Program-made: the position numbers and the translations under genes
Source of the DNA: the human T2T-CHM13v2.0 reference genome, Homo sapiens
Length of the DNA stretch: 64,000 nucleotides
Assembly: GCF_009914755.1 (NCBI RefSeq)
Contig: NC_060944.1
Direction: 5' to 3' (one strand)
Notes under the pieces: generated by a model
What the model was told of the DNA's origin: nothing
Seen by the model: the letters and a program-made list of their open reading frames with translations, nothing else
Database searches by the model: none
In this document: one piece after another, positions 46,321 to 62,276 of the stretch
Layout of the letters: the number at the start of each line of letters is the position of its first letter
How positions within the stretch are numbered: the first letter of the stretch is position 1

Positions 46321-49300
46321 ATGGTTTATAGAACTTTTCTGTGGCAGAGTCTCATCTATTCCCTGCCTCCTGTGGTTTTGCCTGGGTGCCTCCCTTGAGC
46401 CTTCCTGTCGGCTCTCTGGGCTGCCCAACACCCTTTCAATAGTGTCCTCTTTTATTTAAGTTCACTGCTACATCTTCTCTTGTTTGCAAGGACAACTCTG
46501 ATTAGAACAGGTGCTACAAGAGAGGACAGTGGCGGGGGAGGTGGGTGGGTAGCAGAGGAAACTCATTTTAGATAAGATGGTCAGGGAAGGCCTCTCTGAG
46601 GAGGGGCCACTTACCCTGAGACATGAATGGTGAGGAAGAGTCAGCAGATGAAAGGTGGGAGGAGGGGCGTTTTAGACAGAGGGGGCAGCATAGCCAAAGC
46701 TCTGCGGTGGGAACCAAGGTTGCCAATGGCCAGGTCACGCAGCCTCTTGAGGTCACAGTAAAAACTTGGATCCTTTCCCCTGCAACCAAAGCATCTCTTC
46801 TTCCAAACATCAGAGTCTGGGAGGGCTGAGGACCAGGCTCCAGGCCTCATTGTGCGGGGATCAGATCAGCCGAGTAAGTGGCTTTAACCAGATAAGGATC
46901 GAGACATTCTCTGCTTTGTTCTCGCATCTGTTTTGCCGGCTCTTGGGTTTTCCAAATTTCTGCTTGGGTTCTTTTCTGAGTTTCTTAGTTCCCTTTGATA
47001 AATTCCCACGTGATACTGGTGAGCTAAAGGGAAAGCTTTTTGTCCATAGTTAGGCCTGGGAATCCCAGCTAGAGAGCCCTGTCATCTTATGGAGATGGGC
47101 TGCTACCCAGGACGGTGTGGGAATGGGCAGGTGGGTCTGAGGGATCCCTTCAGCCTCATTACTCTATAGTTCTGCGTTTATTCAACAAATACCTGTTCAG
47201 CATCTGGCAGGTGTTCAGACTCTGTGTGGGTGTTAGGTTAAGAAGATAAAGGAGGCACTGTTCCTCCTCTCCACAATTCAAGTTAGAAGTGAGGGATGGC
47301 CTGATCCAAAGGCGATTGAGTGCAAATTCCTTGTTCCTTAGGAATCAGCCACATGGCTGGCCCACAGCCAAAGCCAACAGGTCCTCTGTACCCTGTATTT
47401 TAGTGAGCCAGATAGTTTCCCTCCAGGTTTACTAAAGGAGGCAGAACTCGCTTTACACCCACAGCCAAAAATTCCAATTTCCTCTTCCTTGCCCATACAG
47501 CAATCTTGGGGAGGAAGGAGGTCCTTGGTTTTACTGAGTAGTCAGGTGTTCATAGGAGAAGGCCATTTCCTCCCTCCCCGTTAAGGGTGGGGTAGTGGAA
47601 ATTCAAAGGAAGTCCCTCATGGAGACTGAGAGGTGACTGCAAGCATGGGGTGCTGGGATGCTGTTCCCTGATGGGTGGTGGACTGTGGGCAGTGGACTGT
47701 GCCTATCTGAGCAGGGTAGAGGAGAGGTGAGAAGAGGGGCATTGTGGTGTAGCTGACTGGATGCGTGAGCTTCTCTAGGTCAAGTGGACGTTGCAGTAAT
47801 CAGCCTGGCTGGAGCACTTTTCTGGTGGCCTACTCAAGCAGGTTGACTGCTGGGCAAGAGGGTCAGGACACTGGTAGGCCCTAGGTGGTGGGGTGGGGTA
47901 GGCGAGGTCAAGCCTGGGCTGGATGACCCTGTGAGAGAATTGTGCAGTGGAGAAGCCGCTAAGGAACTTACTCATTTGCCCATGAGAAACCATATATGGA
48001 CACGGGGTTGGGGTGGGGGTGGTAGGGTATGTCTCCCAATCAGACCATCTGCCCCACCTCCACCAAGTCCTTTTCCTCCTAGCAGGCAGGGTCCTGGCTC
48101 AAGTTAACTCTTGAATGAGTAAGAGAGAAGATAAAATGAGATTTAAATTGAGTTTGAGAATAAAGGTCTAAAGGATGGAGGTTTAACAACAGAAAGTGAT
48201 CCAAAAGTAATGCAATCTGCCCAAAATGTCATTAAGGGATGGAAAAGGGAGATTCAACACAGCATGGCTGAAGGCAGAGATTAGGGGAGAAAATCTTCAT
48301 CATTATACCCCACAGAGTTGAATCGCCTCAATACACTGGCTCCACAAGTAAACAGAAAAATTGAAATACAGTGTGGTCGGGCTAGAGTCTTGCTTGGGTA
48401 AAGCTGCCCCAGGTTCTGAGAGAGCACAGGGGGATAGGTTGGTTGTTAGAGAGAGATTTCCAGAGGAGGGTTGCCTGAGATGGACCTTGAAGGGTGAGAA
48501 AGAGTTGGCCAGGTGAAAGGAGAGTGGCAGTGGGAAGGGAGCTCTCCAGGCAGAGGTGACAGCACGGGACATCTGGGGAGTGGGGCTGGAGCATGAAGGG
48601 GAAGGCAGGAAGGATGCTTAGAGATGTACACCAGGAGGCCCATGGCCTTGCAGCTCTGCAAGCTTAAGGGGTGAGGGCCCTGGAGAGCCACTTTAAACCT
48701 TGGAGCAACACAGTTGGATTTGCATATTAGACAGAACACTCTGGATGCCAGATTCTGGCAGCGCTGTGGACACTGGACCTCTAGGCATGCTCCTCACCCA
48801 TTCACCTGGCACTGTGAACCCACCTCCCTACAAAGGCCATTTCATCTCTGAGTTTCCAAAATCCTGGCTCCCTACTCTTTTGAATGTCCTTTGCCCCATT
48901 CCTATTGCAGAACCCTTCATTGTTCCCTTTTTGATTGGCCTCCGAATATTGCCACTTTCCCTTAAATCATCTTCTCGCTTTCCTCCTCCAGCACACTCTT
49001 CTCAGCTCAACAAGATTCTAGGCCTTCTCTGGGCCTGTGCCCACCAGCACATGCCTCCTCAGGATATGTATATACTAAAATATCTTCCCTTTATCTTATC
49101 TGGTCTTCGCCCCATGGGGCAACCCGAAGGCTAACATTTATTCCTTCACACATTAATTTAAGCTGCTTTAATTGCTGCTATGATATGTTTTATATAATAT
49201 AATTAATGTTTTAATTCTGTGTACTTGCTTCCCCAGGCAGTTTTGTGAAAGGCCCAATTTTGGAATCAAGCAAATAAAGAATAAGTAATGGCTGAAATCA

Positions 49301-50555
49301 TTATAGTAACACCCCTCTCTCAAAGGATTTAAAACCGTGCTTGTTTTTTTCAAAGTATGTTAAAAAGGGAAAAGATATTTTAATCTTCTCTCCATCCTGG
49401 GCATGTTTGGGTGGCTTTAATGAAGTTCCCTGGACCCTGATTTCAAGAGTTTCTGGCCTTTTGGTATCTGACCACCATTCTCAAGAGGCCACTGCAGCTT
49501 GAGGTCTGTGTTGAGATTACCAGCTTCGCACCCCCTGCCACCAACTCTTTGTCATGATTGGAGGCTGTACTTAGGATGAGAAGTTGCTGAACCCACTCAT
49601 TCATTTATTCATTCATTCAGCACCCATATATTGGTGTCCTATTATGTACCTAGGACTGGGATAGATCCAGTCCTGCCCTCAGGGAGCTCACAGTCAAATG
49701 GGACCAGGCAGAAGGAGTTATGAGCTGGCATGCTAAATGCTGTGGCAACACAGGGGAGGAGGCAGGGTGGGATAGAGTACCTACCTCTGCCTCAGGGAGT
49801 TGGGGAAGGTGTAAGAGGAGGCAACATTTAAACTGTTTAAGAAAGGAGAAGGAAAGGAAGGAAACATCAAGAGCAATGAGATAAACCGTAAGGAAAAAAG
49901 ATTGTGTGCCTGGGAAGTGGGGAGAGGCTGAAGCCAGTGTGCATGGGAGGACGTGGCAGGAAGTAAGCATAGAAAGAGAGGTTGGGGCTGAGTGAGGAAG
50001 GGTGTGCTTTGCCAGGATAAGAAATTTGGATCATCCTGAGGGTGCAGGGAAACCCAAAGAGGCTTTTATGCAGGAAAGTGTCCCAGTCGATCAGATCTGG
50101 AGTTTATCAAGAGAATCGCAGCAGTGTAAAGAGTTGCCTGGCACATAGTAGGTGCTCAATAAATCCTGTGGAATGAGAGAGGCTGTTGGGACAGTCCAGA
50201 TGAAAGATGGCACCCTCTGAATTAGGGCAGTGGCAGAGGTGACAGAAAATAAGGGATGGATCCTAGAGGCAGAATCCACAAGACTTGCAAATGTGCCCTT
50301 AACAGCAGAAGCCATGAGAATGGGGTTAGAAGTGTCCTCCTCTTCCATCCTCCCTGATCTGTGAGGTCTGGCCTCTTGTCCTCTTCCAGAAATTGAGAGC
50401 TTGGAGGGTCATCACCTCAACCGTTGTCTAGTTCAAGCTCCTAAGTTTTCCTTGGAGAAAAATTTAGGCCTAAGGGAACACAGTCCTTCAGAGGCAGAGG
50501 CTGCACCAGAACCCAGGTGTTCCATGCTGCAAAGCAGAGTGTTAACACTGGTTCA

Positions 50556-51686
<1,131 letters not shown>

Positions 51687-51799
51687 CACTCTTAATAAAT
51701 GCCTGTCTCCAGGTGCTGGGTGGGAGGTGGGATGGAATGGAATGAGGTGAGGACGCATGGATGCATGGATGAATGGATGGGAAGTTGAGACGACGCGCC

Positions 51800-52384
51800 C
51801 ACACAAGGGAATTTCCTTTGAAAGAGAGCGAAATTCTGAGTTGGGAAACTCTTCCTTGAAACGCCTCCCCATACCCCAGCTGTGGCCTTCCCGTTTTCTG
51901 CGTGGTGGTGTGGGGGGAACTTCCTCAGGCCTCTCCGCAGTGGAGCCTCTTTCGGTTCTGCCAGGATACCTAGAGGCAGCGGAGAGCGGGGCAGGGAGGG
52001 GAAAACCGTGAGGGTCCCTGTGGCAGGCCCCAGCACCCATGGGATCTCTCTCCGGTCGCAGGAAGCAGGCTAGCTCCTAGCCCGCCTCGGCTTGGCCTTT
52101 GTGGGACCTGGGGGCAAAGAAGAAGAGCTGTCTCTGGGATCATGCCTCCTCCCGTACACAGCAAGATGCGTCCCTAAACTCCCGGGGGAATTAGACTTGT
52201 GGGAATGTTCTGGGGAAACTCCTGCGCGGTGAATTGCTGGGGGCTCCGCCCCCCCGATAGGTGGACCGCGATTGGTCTTTGAAGACCCCGCCCCTTTCCT
52301 GGGCGGGGCCAAGGCTGGGGCAGGGGAGTCAGCAGAGGCCTCGCTCGGGCGCCCAGTGGTCCTGCCGCCTGGTCTCACCTCGCC
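51800..52384 (+). promoter_or_regulatory. CD40: CD40 TATA-less promoter and 5' UTR
   Basis: kB sites GGGAATTTCC (51807-51816), GGGAACTTCC (51915-51924) and GGGAAACTCC (52213-52222). GAS TTCCTTGAA (51852-51860). TTC-N4-GAA at 51813-51822 and 52208-52217. GC boxes at ~52246-52308 and an inverted CCAAT at 52271-52275. Confidence 0.88.
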
Positions 52385-52435
52385 ATGGTTCGTCTGCCTC
52401 TGCAGTGCGTCCTCTGGGGCTGCTTGCTGACCGCT
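52385..52435 (+). CDS. CD40: CD40 exon 1 CDS (signal peptide MVRLPLQCVLWGCLLTA)
   Basis: GCCATGG start and gtgagt donor. Confidence 0.98.
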
Positions 52436-54825
52436 GTGAGTTGTTTTTGCCCCGACCAGACGGGAGTTGGGAGTGGGGAATGAGAAGGAAAGGGAAGGAA
52501 GACTTCGGGGAAGAGGCCTTCCTGGCTGATTTTTGTGGGGGCAGGAGGGTGGGTGGGAGCTGGGCAAGGTGCCCCCGCTCCTGGCTGAATGGGGTGGGCT
52601 GCCTCTCTCTTCTCCCGGGCTGGGGTCCCGGGAGCGGCCTACAGGGGCCGCTCAGGGAAGGCACTGGCTGCCCAAGCGTGCCTAGACGGCCTGGACGGGT
52701 TTAGGGAGCCTCAGAGGCTGGCCACACAGAGACTGGTAGGGGGTTCAGAGGGCGGGAAGTGAGGCGGACCAAGGGAAGGGGCGGGTCTGGCCCGTTTCCT
52801 GTCCCCTTCTTATTGTGGACAGATGCCAGCCTCTGTAAGTAGTTATCATCTCCTTGCCAGCTGGGGCTGCCTTCTTCCAGGGCATCTTGTGGGAACAAGA
52901 GATGGGTGCAGAGGCCCAGGTACTTTTGTGAGAAGGCAAGGAGCTTTTAACATCGCCTTCCACCCCGAACCGTATCTTGGGTGTTCCAACCTAGGAGGAA
53001 TCCCCAGGGCTTTGCCTTTTTCTCCTGAATTTAAGATGACATAGGAGACCCCTGGGGGAGATGAACAGTTTATGGGACACAATAAAGGGTTAGGAGACCA
53101 GAGTTCTGGTTGGCTCTGACCAGGGCTGGTGATCAGAGGGCTGGAGAAACCAGGGGTTTCTCCAGGCACCAGAGGGGCTCAGAGCCAACCAAGCATATCT
53201 CCGGGATTTTCAGAAGCCTACACTTGACTCACTTTTTGTTTAAATGTATTTTTGTAGTTCCTCATTCTGGAGGCTGGGAATCCCCCAAGTACCTGGCTCC
53301 TTCATCCCAGCCCCTCTGGCCTCCCCCTACTTTAGAGGGCTGTAGATTCCGGCCTGAAGCCTGGGCAGGAATGACCCATGGTATCAAGGAAAGCAAGGGA
53401 AGCAGCAAGGGAAGAGAGGGAGTGGGGAGGCTGCTTTGGTCCCACAGCTTTCACTTTCACCTGAAGCAATGGCTCTTAGGGAACAGGGAGGCAGGGGGAG
53501 GGTGGAGCTGGAAAGAGGTAAAGGGGGGCCCTTGTGGTAGGAGTGGAGAAAGAGCCAGAGGAGGTGGGGTGAAGGGTGTGATCCAGGCTTCTCAAGAGCA
53601 GAGTTTGCCCTCATAACTCCCAACTTTGGCTCCAGGTAGAGGCTGGGCTGTGACAACAATGTCAGAAGCTATCTATTGAGGGCTTCTTGTGTGTCAGGCT
53701 CTGAGCCAAACACTGCCTGTTTTCTTTGTCTGATTTCTCACAACTCCCCCATTATACAGATGGGCAAATTGAGGCTCAGAAAGGGGGATTGTCTTGCCAA
53801 AGGTCTCATAGCTAGCTAATGGAAGAACCTGGTTGTGAATCTACATCTGCATGATTCCCGAGCCTGCCTCTCAGATAGTGAGAGTCTCCAAGCTCTGGTC
53901 CTGAGCTGTTTTGTGGCAGAAGGACCAGAACTATGGGGAGTGAGAACTGGAGATTGACAGACTTTTAGGGGAGCGTTTTATTTCTCATGTGTTTGAAGAT
54001 GGTATCAAGGACTTTCCTATCTTTGGGAGTGTGGGAGCTCCACGTTCACAGGATGGTGTCTTGCAATGAGCTGGTGGGGGGCAGTAGCCTTTTCTACTTC
54101 CTTTCCCATTTTGGGTAAGACACATTTCTGTAAGTAATTTGCTGAGATACCCAGGTTGAATGAGAGCCACCAGTTAGGTAGGATTCTGGACAGCCAGCCA
54201 GGTAGCCGGGCTGCTTGCCATATATCATGCAAGCAGAAACAAATGAATGATGATTAAAATTGCCATTTAATGAGCACCTACTATGTTCCTGACACTGTGC
54301 TAGGCCATATACATGTATTCTTTCTTATCTTCGTAATCCAACCTGCAGGGCAGGCATTATTACTCCCATTTTAGAGATAGAGAAACTGAGGCTAAGAGAA
54401 GCAAAATAACTAGTAAGTGTTACAAAGTCAGGACTGGAGTCTAAAGCTGTCTGACTCTCAAACTTGTGTTCTTTTCACTGGCTGTTCCCAAACTGTGGGA
54501 CAGTTTTAAGGAGCACATGGACATAGAATTAAACATACACTTACTTTACAGTTCTTTTAAAAATCCTTCTCATTTTTTCAAAGAGGAAGTCTCTGGAGCT
54601 AGAATAGAGTTAATGCCTCTCAAAGGCTTGCTAATCCTTCTTTTAAAACAAAAACCAAGAGCAGGCCTGGGAGGGCCTTCAACAAGCAAACAACCAGCTG
54701 GGTTTTAATAACCTTGTTTTGTTTCCCCAGAATTTATTTTTAGGGTTACCTTTTATTTATGAGAAGTGATACTGGTTCTTGTCTCTTGGCAATGATGTGA
54801 GGTTTACATTTAAAGTAAATGTACC

Positions 54826-55146
<321 letters not shown>

Positions 55147-55862
55147 TTAATAGCATGGGTGGTACCTGGATGTAGTAAAATGGTGAAGATGAAACACAAG
55201 TTGATGGAGAGAGGAGCATTGAGACCTGAGTTCTCATTTGGACTCTGTCACTGTGAGACTCTGGGCAAGTGACCCTCCTCTTTGGTGCTCAGTCTCAACT
55301 ATCTGTAAAATGAAAGTGTGAGTTTACCCTTCCAGCTTTACATTCTAGCATTTTATGAGGGAAGGGCTGGATGAACAGATGATGAGGAGTTGGAGGAAGA
55401 AAACATGATGGGCTTTGGAAAGGAGCAGGAAGGGAAGCAGAAGAATAGGAGGAAGAGGCCAAGTGCTAAACATAGCCCCAAACAGCACTGGGACCAGCTG
55501 AAGTCAGCCAGCTTCAGGACTCCAGGGGAGCTGCTGGAGTCCCCATATCCTATGGGATCTTTGGGAAGAGGAATGACTCAGGCATCAAGCCCCAAGGAAT
55601 TCTGTTCTGTTCAGAGAATATTGTGAGTTTACAGTACCATTGCTTTGTAAAAATACCAGAATGATTCTCTGGGTGCGATTATAATCAGCTCAGTTGACAA
55701 TTTACTTGAAAACAAACATGCCAAATATCATGCAGGTTCCACTTTCTGTTTTGACTTGCACTTCAGTTTGCAGCCTCTGTCCTGGATGACTTTTACCTTT
55801 CTGCTGAAGAAGTTGCAACGGAGATTTCAAGATCCCTTCAAATTGCACAATTCTGTTTTTAG

Positions 55863-55941
55863 GTCCATCCAGAACCACCCACTGCATGCAGAGAAAAACA
55901 GTACCTAATAAACAGTCAGTGCTGTTCTTTGTGCCAGCCAG
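55863..55941 (+). CDS. CD40: CD40 exon 2 ([26 protein letters not shown])
   Basis: tttag/gtgag boundaries; TNFR cysteine-rich domain 1. Confidence 0.98.
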
Positions 55942-56275
55942 GTGAGATGCCAACCCTCTAGCCCCATCATGGAGTCCCCCTTTGCTTTGGTGGCAGACGC
56001 AGACCCCATATGTTAACTGTAAACTCAAATCTGAAACGACCCATTTCCCAGCCCTGCTTCACTGTCAGAATGTTCTGGTTCCCTCTCTACCAGGTAAAAC
56101 TCTGTCTACCCTGAACTAGGGATCCCAGCTTCTCCATCTTCCTCGCCTGATTATGAAGGATCCAAGACTTTCATCTTTGAATCCCCTACCCTAAAGCCTG
56201 GCCTGATCATTGTGTGGTTAGTGTCTGACTCATGGAGTTGGCCAGAGCCCTCCCTCATTTCCTGATGTTTTCCAG

Positions 56276-56401
56276 GACAGAAACTGGTGAGTGACTGCAC
56301 AGAGTTCACTGAAACGGAATGCCTTCCTTGCGGTGAAAGCGAATTCCTAGACACCTGGAACAGAGAGACACACTGCCACCAGCACAAATACTGCGACCCC
56401 A
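56276..56401 (+). CDS. CD40: CD40 exon 3 ([42 protein letters not shown])
   Basis: ccag/gtgcgt boundaries; 126 nt. Confidence 0.98.
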
Positions 56402-56652
56402 GTGCGTGCGCTGTTGGGAAAGGGACGCTTGGGAACCGGGCTGATATTCCCGACAATGCAGCCATTCTAATTTTATGTAGCCAGGGTCTGCTCTGATTGG
56501 TTGGAGTCCGGGCTGTACTGATCATTAAATGATTTGATTGCCATCTCTACTTGGAAGAGGGTCTGAGGAAGAAAGAGCAGGCAATGTGGGGAGTGAGGCT
56601 CAGAGCATGGCCCAGCAGGGGGTTCCCATCCTTCCTGCCCTTCTCTTCTCAG

Positions 56653-56799
56653 ACCTAGGGCTTCGGGTCCAGCAGAAGGGCACCTCAGAAACAGACACCA
56701 TCTGCACCTGTGAAGAAGGCTGGCACTGTACGAGTGAGGCCTGTGAGAGCTGTGTCCTGCACCGCTCATGCTCGCCCGGCTTTGGGGTCAAGCAGATTG
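56653..56799 (+). CDS. CD40: CD40 exon 4 ([49 protein letters not shown])
   Basis: tcag/gtaagt boundaries; 147 nt. Confidence 0.98.
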
Positions 56800-57168
56800 G
56801 TAAGTGGCTCATCTGGGAATCAGTTTTGGAGGGGGACAGAGGAGCTTAGGGCCCAAGGTGAGGGGCTGGGCAGTGGGCACTTAGCCCCAGAGGCAGAGGA
56901 AGCAGAGGCTCCAACCTATGTCGGTATCCCCACTGGAGTGAGCTGCAGACGGGACCTTGTTCATTCTGCCTTCTGCCATGGGGATCTGCCTTTGAAGGGC
57001 AATGGGAGAAGTCCTCCTGGGGACTGCAGCTGTCGGGGGCAGTACCACTTCGGGGGAAGAGTGCTCAAGGCAGGAGCTCTTCCCGTCCTGCCTGGCCACT
57101 GGCTGCCTTGTGAGCCGGACAGGTGGTCCACTGTGATGGTTAATGTCCCCCTCCCCACCCACTCCCAG

Positions 57169-57262
57169 CTACAGGGGTTTCTGATACCATCTGCGAGCCC
57201 TGCCCAGTCGGCTTCTTCTCCAATGTGTCATCTGCTTTCGAAAAATGTCACCCTTGGACAAG
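57169..57262 (+). CDS. CD40: CD40 exon 5 ([31 protein letters not shown])
   Basis: ccag/gtataa boundaries; 94 nt. Confidence 0.98.
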
Positions 57263-58059
57263 GTATAAGCACTCATCCCTTGTGTTTCCTGCTCTAAGAG
57301 TGGCATGGAGCTGCCTCCATTCTCTCCAGCCACCTGTCCTGTCCCTGCTCCCAGAGGTCCACACACACTCATGTACTTGTGAAGCATCTGCAGAGTGGCC
57401 TCATGGCCAACCAGACAGGCACATTTCCACATTTTTTTTGCCTGCTGTCTCTTTGAGGTAATAGACACTGTTGATCTCTCGCTTCATGAGAGCCTCCTAT
57501 CTTGGGGGTATTGGGACACTTATTTTAGCTTTCCTTCTGCCCCTCCTGCTTCTCCTCAGTTTTCCTCGTCTTGCTTTCACCTTACCTGGCTTTCTAGGGC
57601 TTTCTGGGCTCTGGGTGCTCACCCTGAGGGCCTCCCTCTCTTACCTCCAACTCCAAACCCACACCAGGTCCTGCCACTGGCTGTCTACGTGTTTTGGGAA
57701 CTTACTGTCTCCACTGTTGTCACTTTAGTTTGGGCCTCATCACTGTGGTCTGGGTGATGCCTTTTCTGCCTCCTGGCCTCCCTGCCTCTGTCTCTCCCCT
57801 CCTGCTGGTTCTGTCTCCATCCTCTTGCCAACATGAGCGTTCGACAGTTTCTTTCAAATCATGACACTCTCCTATTTGAGATGCTTCCTGTCTCTCTGTT
57901 GGAACTAAGACTCCTTAGCATGGCACCCAACCTTCCTGTTGCATTTCCTGCTCTCTTTCCTGCATCGCATAGCTTCATGCTACTTGCAATCCTCTGAACA
58001 CACTGTTCATTCTCTTCCATCAAACTCATCTGCCTGGAATACCTTAAACATGGGCCCCA

Positions 58060-59752
<1,693 letters not shown>

Positions 59753-60099
59753 TCATATCTATATGTTTGCTGTGTCTCCTGGCTGGCCACTCTTCTGTAA
59801 TTTCTCCTCCTCTGAGCTCTCTGGGCAGCTGAATCTTCTCACTAGTGAAGTCGCCTGGTTGGATGCTGATGAGACTGACCAGCTGAATCCAGTTGAAAAC
59901 TTCACACTTGGCAGTGATCTGGTTCTAAAGACACAATTTTCCATAGTTTCCTAACACCATCCTGCATGCCACCTGCCTTATTTCCCCACATCACATCGTC
60001 CCACTTAGCGGGACTGCACTGCTGATCCAAATTTTACATCCTTTAGGGCCCACTCAGGTCATATGTCCTCAGGGAAGTCTTTCTGGAAGAACCTTAAAC

Positions 60100-60330
60100 C
60101 AGAGGTTCTCAACAGGGGGCAGTTTTGCTCCCTGTGGAACGTTTGCCAATGTCTGGACACATTTCATTCGTCACAAACGGAGAGGGGGATGCTACAGGGA
60201 TCTGGCGGATAGAGGCCAGGGATGCTGCTGAACATCTGCAATGCATAGGACAGCCCACCCCCACCCCCACGCCCCCAGTAAATAATGATCCAGCCCAAGT
60301 GTCACTGGTGCTGACGTTGAGTAACCCTAT
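60100..60330. mobile_element. MER20 hAT DNA transposon
   Basis: cagaggttctcaacagggggcagttttgctccc...gttgagtaaccct. Confidence 0.85.
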
Positions 60331-60691
60331 CTTAAGCTGAACTCATCATCTCTCCATTCCAGCCTTGGTGGATTCTGTCTCCTCTGAACCATTCCCATCT
60401 CACTTTAGCCTACCTAGATCACAAAGCTTGGCACTCATTATAGACTCCCCTATTTATTACTCCTTCAAGATGTGCAAGAATCTTTTCTCTGCACTTTTAA
60501 GTTCTGTAAGAAGAGTCTGTGTCGTTCCTATAATAACCAGCATAGGACGTTGCACGTGTTGTGTGCTCAGTGAACCTGGATTTGTTGATTGTTGACTGAC
60601 TCACTCTAGAGTTGGAAATCTTATGCTTGGGGAAACTTAATATCTCTTTCTTTCTCTGTGTGTGTGCATTTGTGCACGTGTCTGTGCATAG

Positions 60692-60753
60692 CTGTGAGAC
60701 CAAAGACCTGGTTGTGCAACAGGCAGGCACAAACAAGACTGATGTTGTCTGTG
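60692..60753 (+). CDS. CD40: CD40 exon 6 ([21 protein letters not shown])
   Basis: catag/gtgagt boundaries; 62 nt. Confidence 0.97.
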
Positions 60754-61075
60754 GTGAGTCCTGGACAATGGGCCCTGGAGAAAGCCTAGGAAGGTGGGAA
60801 CTGAAGGGGGAGATGAGGCACACAGGAACACTGGATGGGAAAAAGGGGAGGGGAGGCAGTTTGGGGGTGTGGTATCACAGCTCTGCCACTTATCTTGGGA
60901 GTCTGGGCAAATCACTTCCCCTCTCTTAGCCTCAGTTTCTTCATCTGTAAAATGGGATGATAACAGCACTTCCTTAGTAGGTTTTGATTTTAGAGTGAGA
61001 AGGTTGGCCTACAGTAAAGATCAGATAATGTAAATCAGTGAAAAAGGTCAGGGGTAAGAAAATTACATTCTCTTT

Positions 61076-61207
61076 ACCTAACGCTAAATGACCAGTTAAT
61101 GGGTGCAGCACACCAACATGGTACATGTATACATATGTAACAAACCTGCACATTATGCACATGTACCCTAAAGCTTAAAGTATAATAATAATAAAATTTA
61201 AAAAAAC
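61076..61207 (+). mobile_element. Severely 5'-truncated L1PA insertion in CD40 intron 6 with an 18-bp TSD
   Basis: L1PA 3'-end (gggtgcagcacaccaacatgg...aacctgcac..tgcacatgtaccctaaa). TSD gaaaa(t/a)tacattctcttt at 61058-61075 and 61208-61225. Confidence 0.92.
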
Positions 61208-62189
61208 GAAAAATACATTCTCTTTGCTTTTTCTCAAAATGTACTTTCCTCTTTGTAGGGCTGGGACTAGAATGAGGTGAGCAAGGCACTTGCCCTCGGG
61301 CGCAATATTTAAGAAGGTGCCATAAAAGTGTAGTAATCAAGGTAAATTCATTTTGATGCAATATTTTTAAAAATAAAAATTAATGCAAAGAAATCCATGA
61401 TGAGCAAGATAGCAACATTTTAAATAAAGAACAGGATCCGACCCTGTGTTTGCATGACCCTGCCTCACTCACCTCACCCTAATCCTGGCCCTGGTTCCAG
61501 TAAAAGGAATAGGCAGCCAGCCTGCAGGCCGTAGTTTGCTGACTTGGTGTCCGCCTGATGATTTTCAAAATATGGCATTAAAAGAATGTTTACCTTGATG
61601 ACTGAGTGTTTTGGACATCCTTTTCAATTTTGTCCTGAAACAATTTCATCCCTTGCCTCACGCTAGTCTCCGCCCTGCCTTTTGGTCTTTCTTTTATTTT
61701 CCCACTTTGAAAAAAAAATTCGGCATGAGAAATACTTTACCTTTCCCCTCCACTCTTCTATACCAAAAGCAACATGCAGACATGAATCATGCTAGACCTC
61801 GGCATTGGGCAGAGAGCAGGGAGTGGCGGGGAGCATGGTGAGCAGGTGGTGACAGCCACTGCCACCACTCGCTTCTAGATGGTTCCCAGGTGGGGAGGCT
61901 GCCAACTGGAACCCAGTCTTCCCAGTTTGTAAGAGAAATCAGATGTCTAGGTTTGAATATGTGATCTCCCAGTTTAAAAATGTCGGCAAATATTTCCAAA
62001 CGTTAAGAAAATGTTCTGGCTCCTTTAAAGACATCTGCCAGCCACATTTCCCCAAGGACCGCGGTTTGAACCTTCTGATGTAGATGAGCTCTGACATTGG
62101 AAGATTCTGGAGTCTGACAAGTCACAGCAGGTTGAGGGTAGGGAGAAACTGCAGGTGAGGGGTGCATGCTGAAGTCCTGATTTCTCCAG

Positions 62190-62276
62190 GTCCCCAGGAT
62201 CGGCTGAGAGCCCTGGTGGTGATCCCCATCATCTTCGGGATCCTGTTTGCCATCCTCTTGGTGCTGGTCTTTATCA
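62190..62276 (+). CDS. CD40: CD40 exon 7, transmembrane ([29 protein letters not shown])
   Basis: ccag/gtgagt boundaries; hydrophobic helix. Confidence 0.98.

Noticed and set aside
56710-57297. 195-aa ORF across CD40 exons 4-5
   Set aside because: Alternative-frame read-through of exons and intron with no independent start or support.
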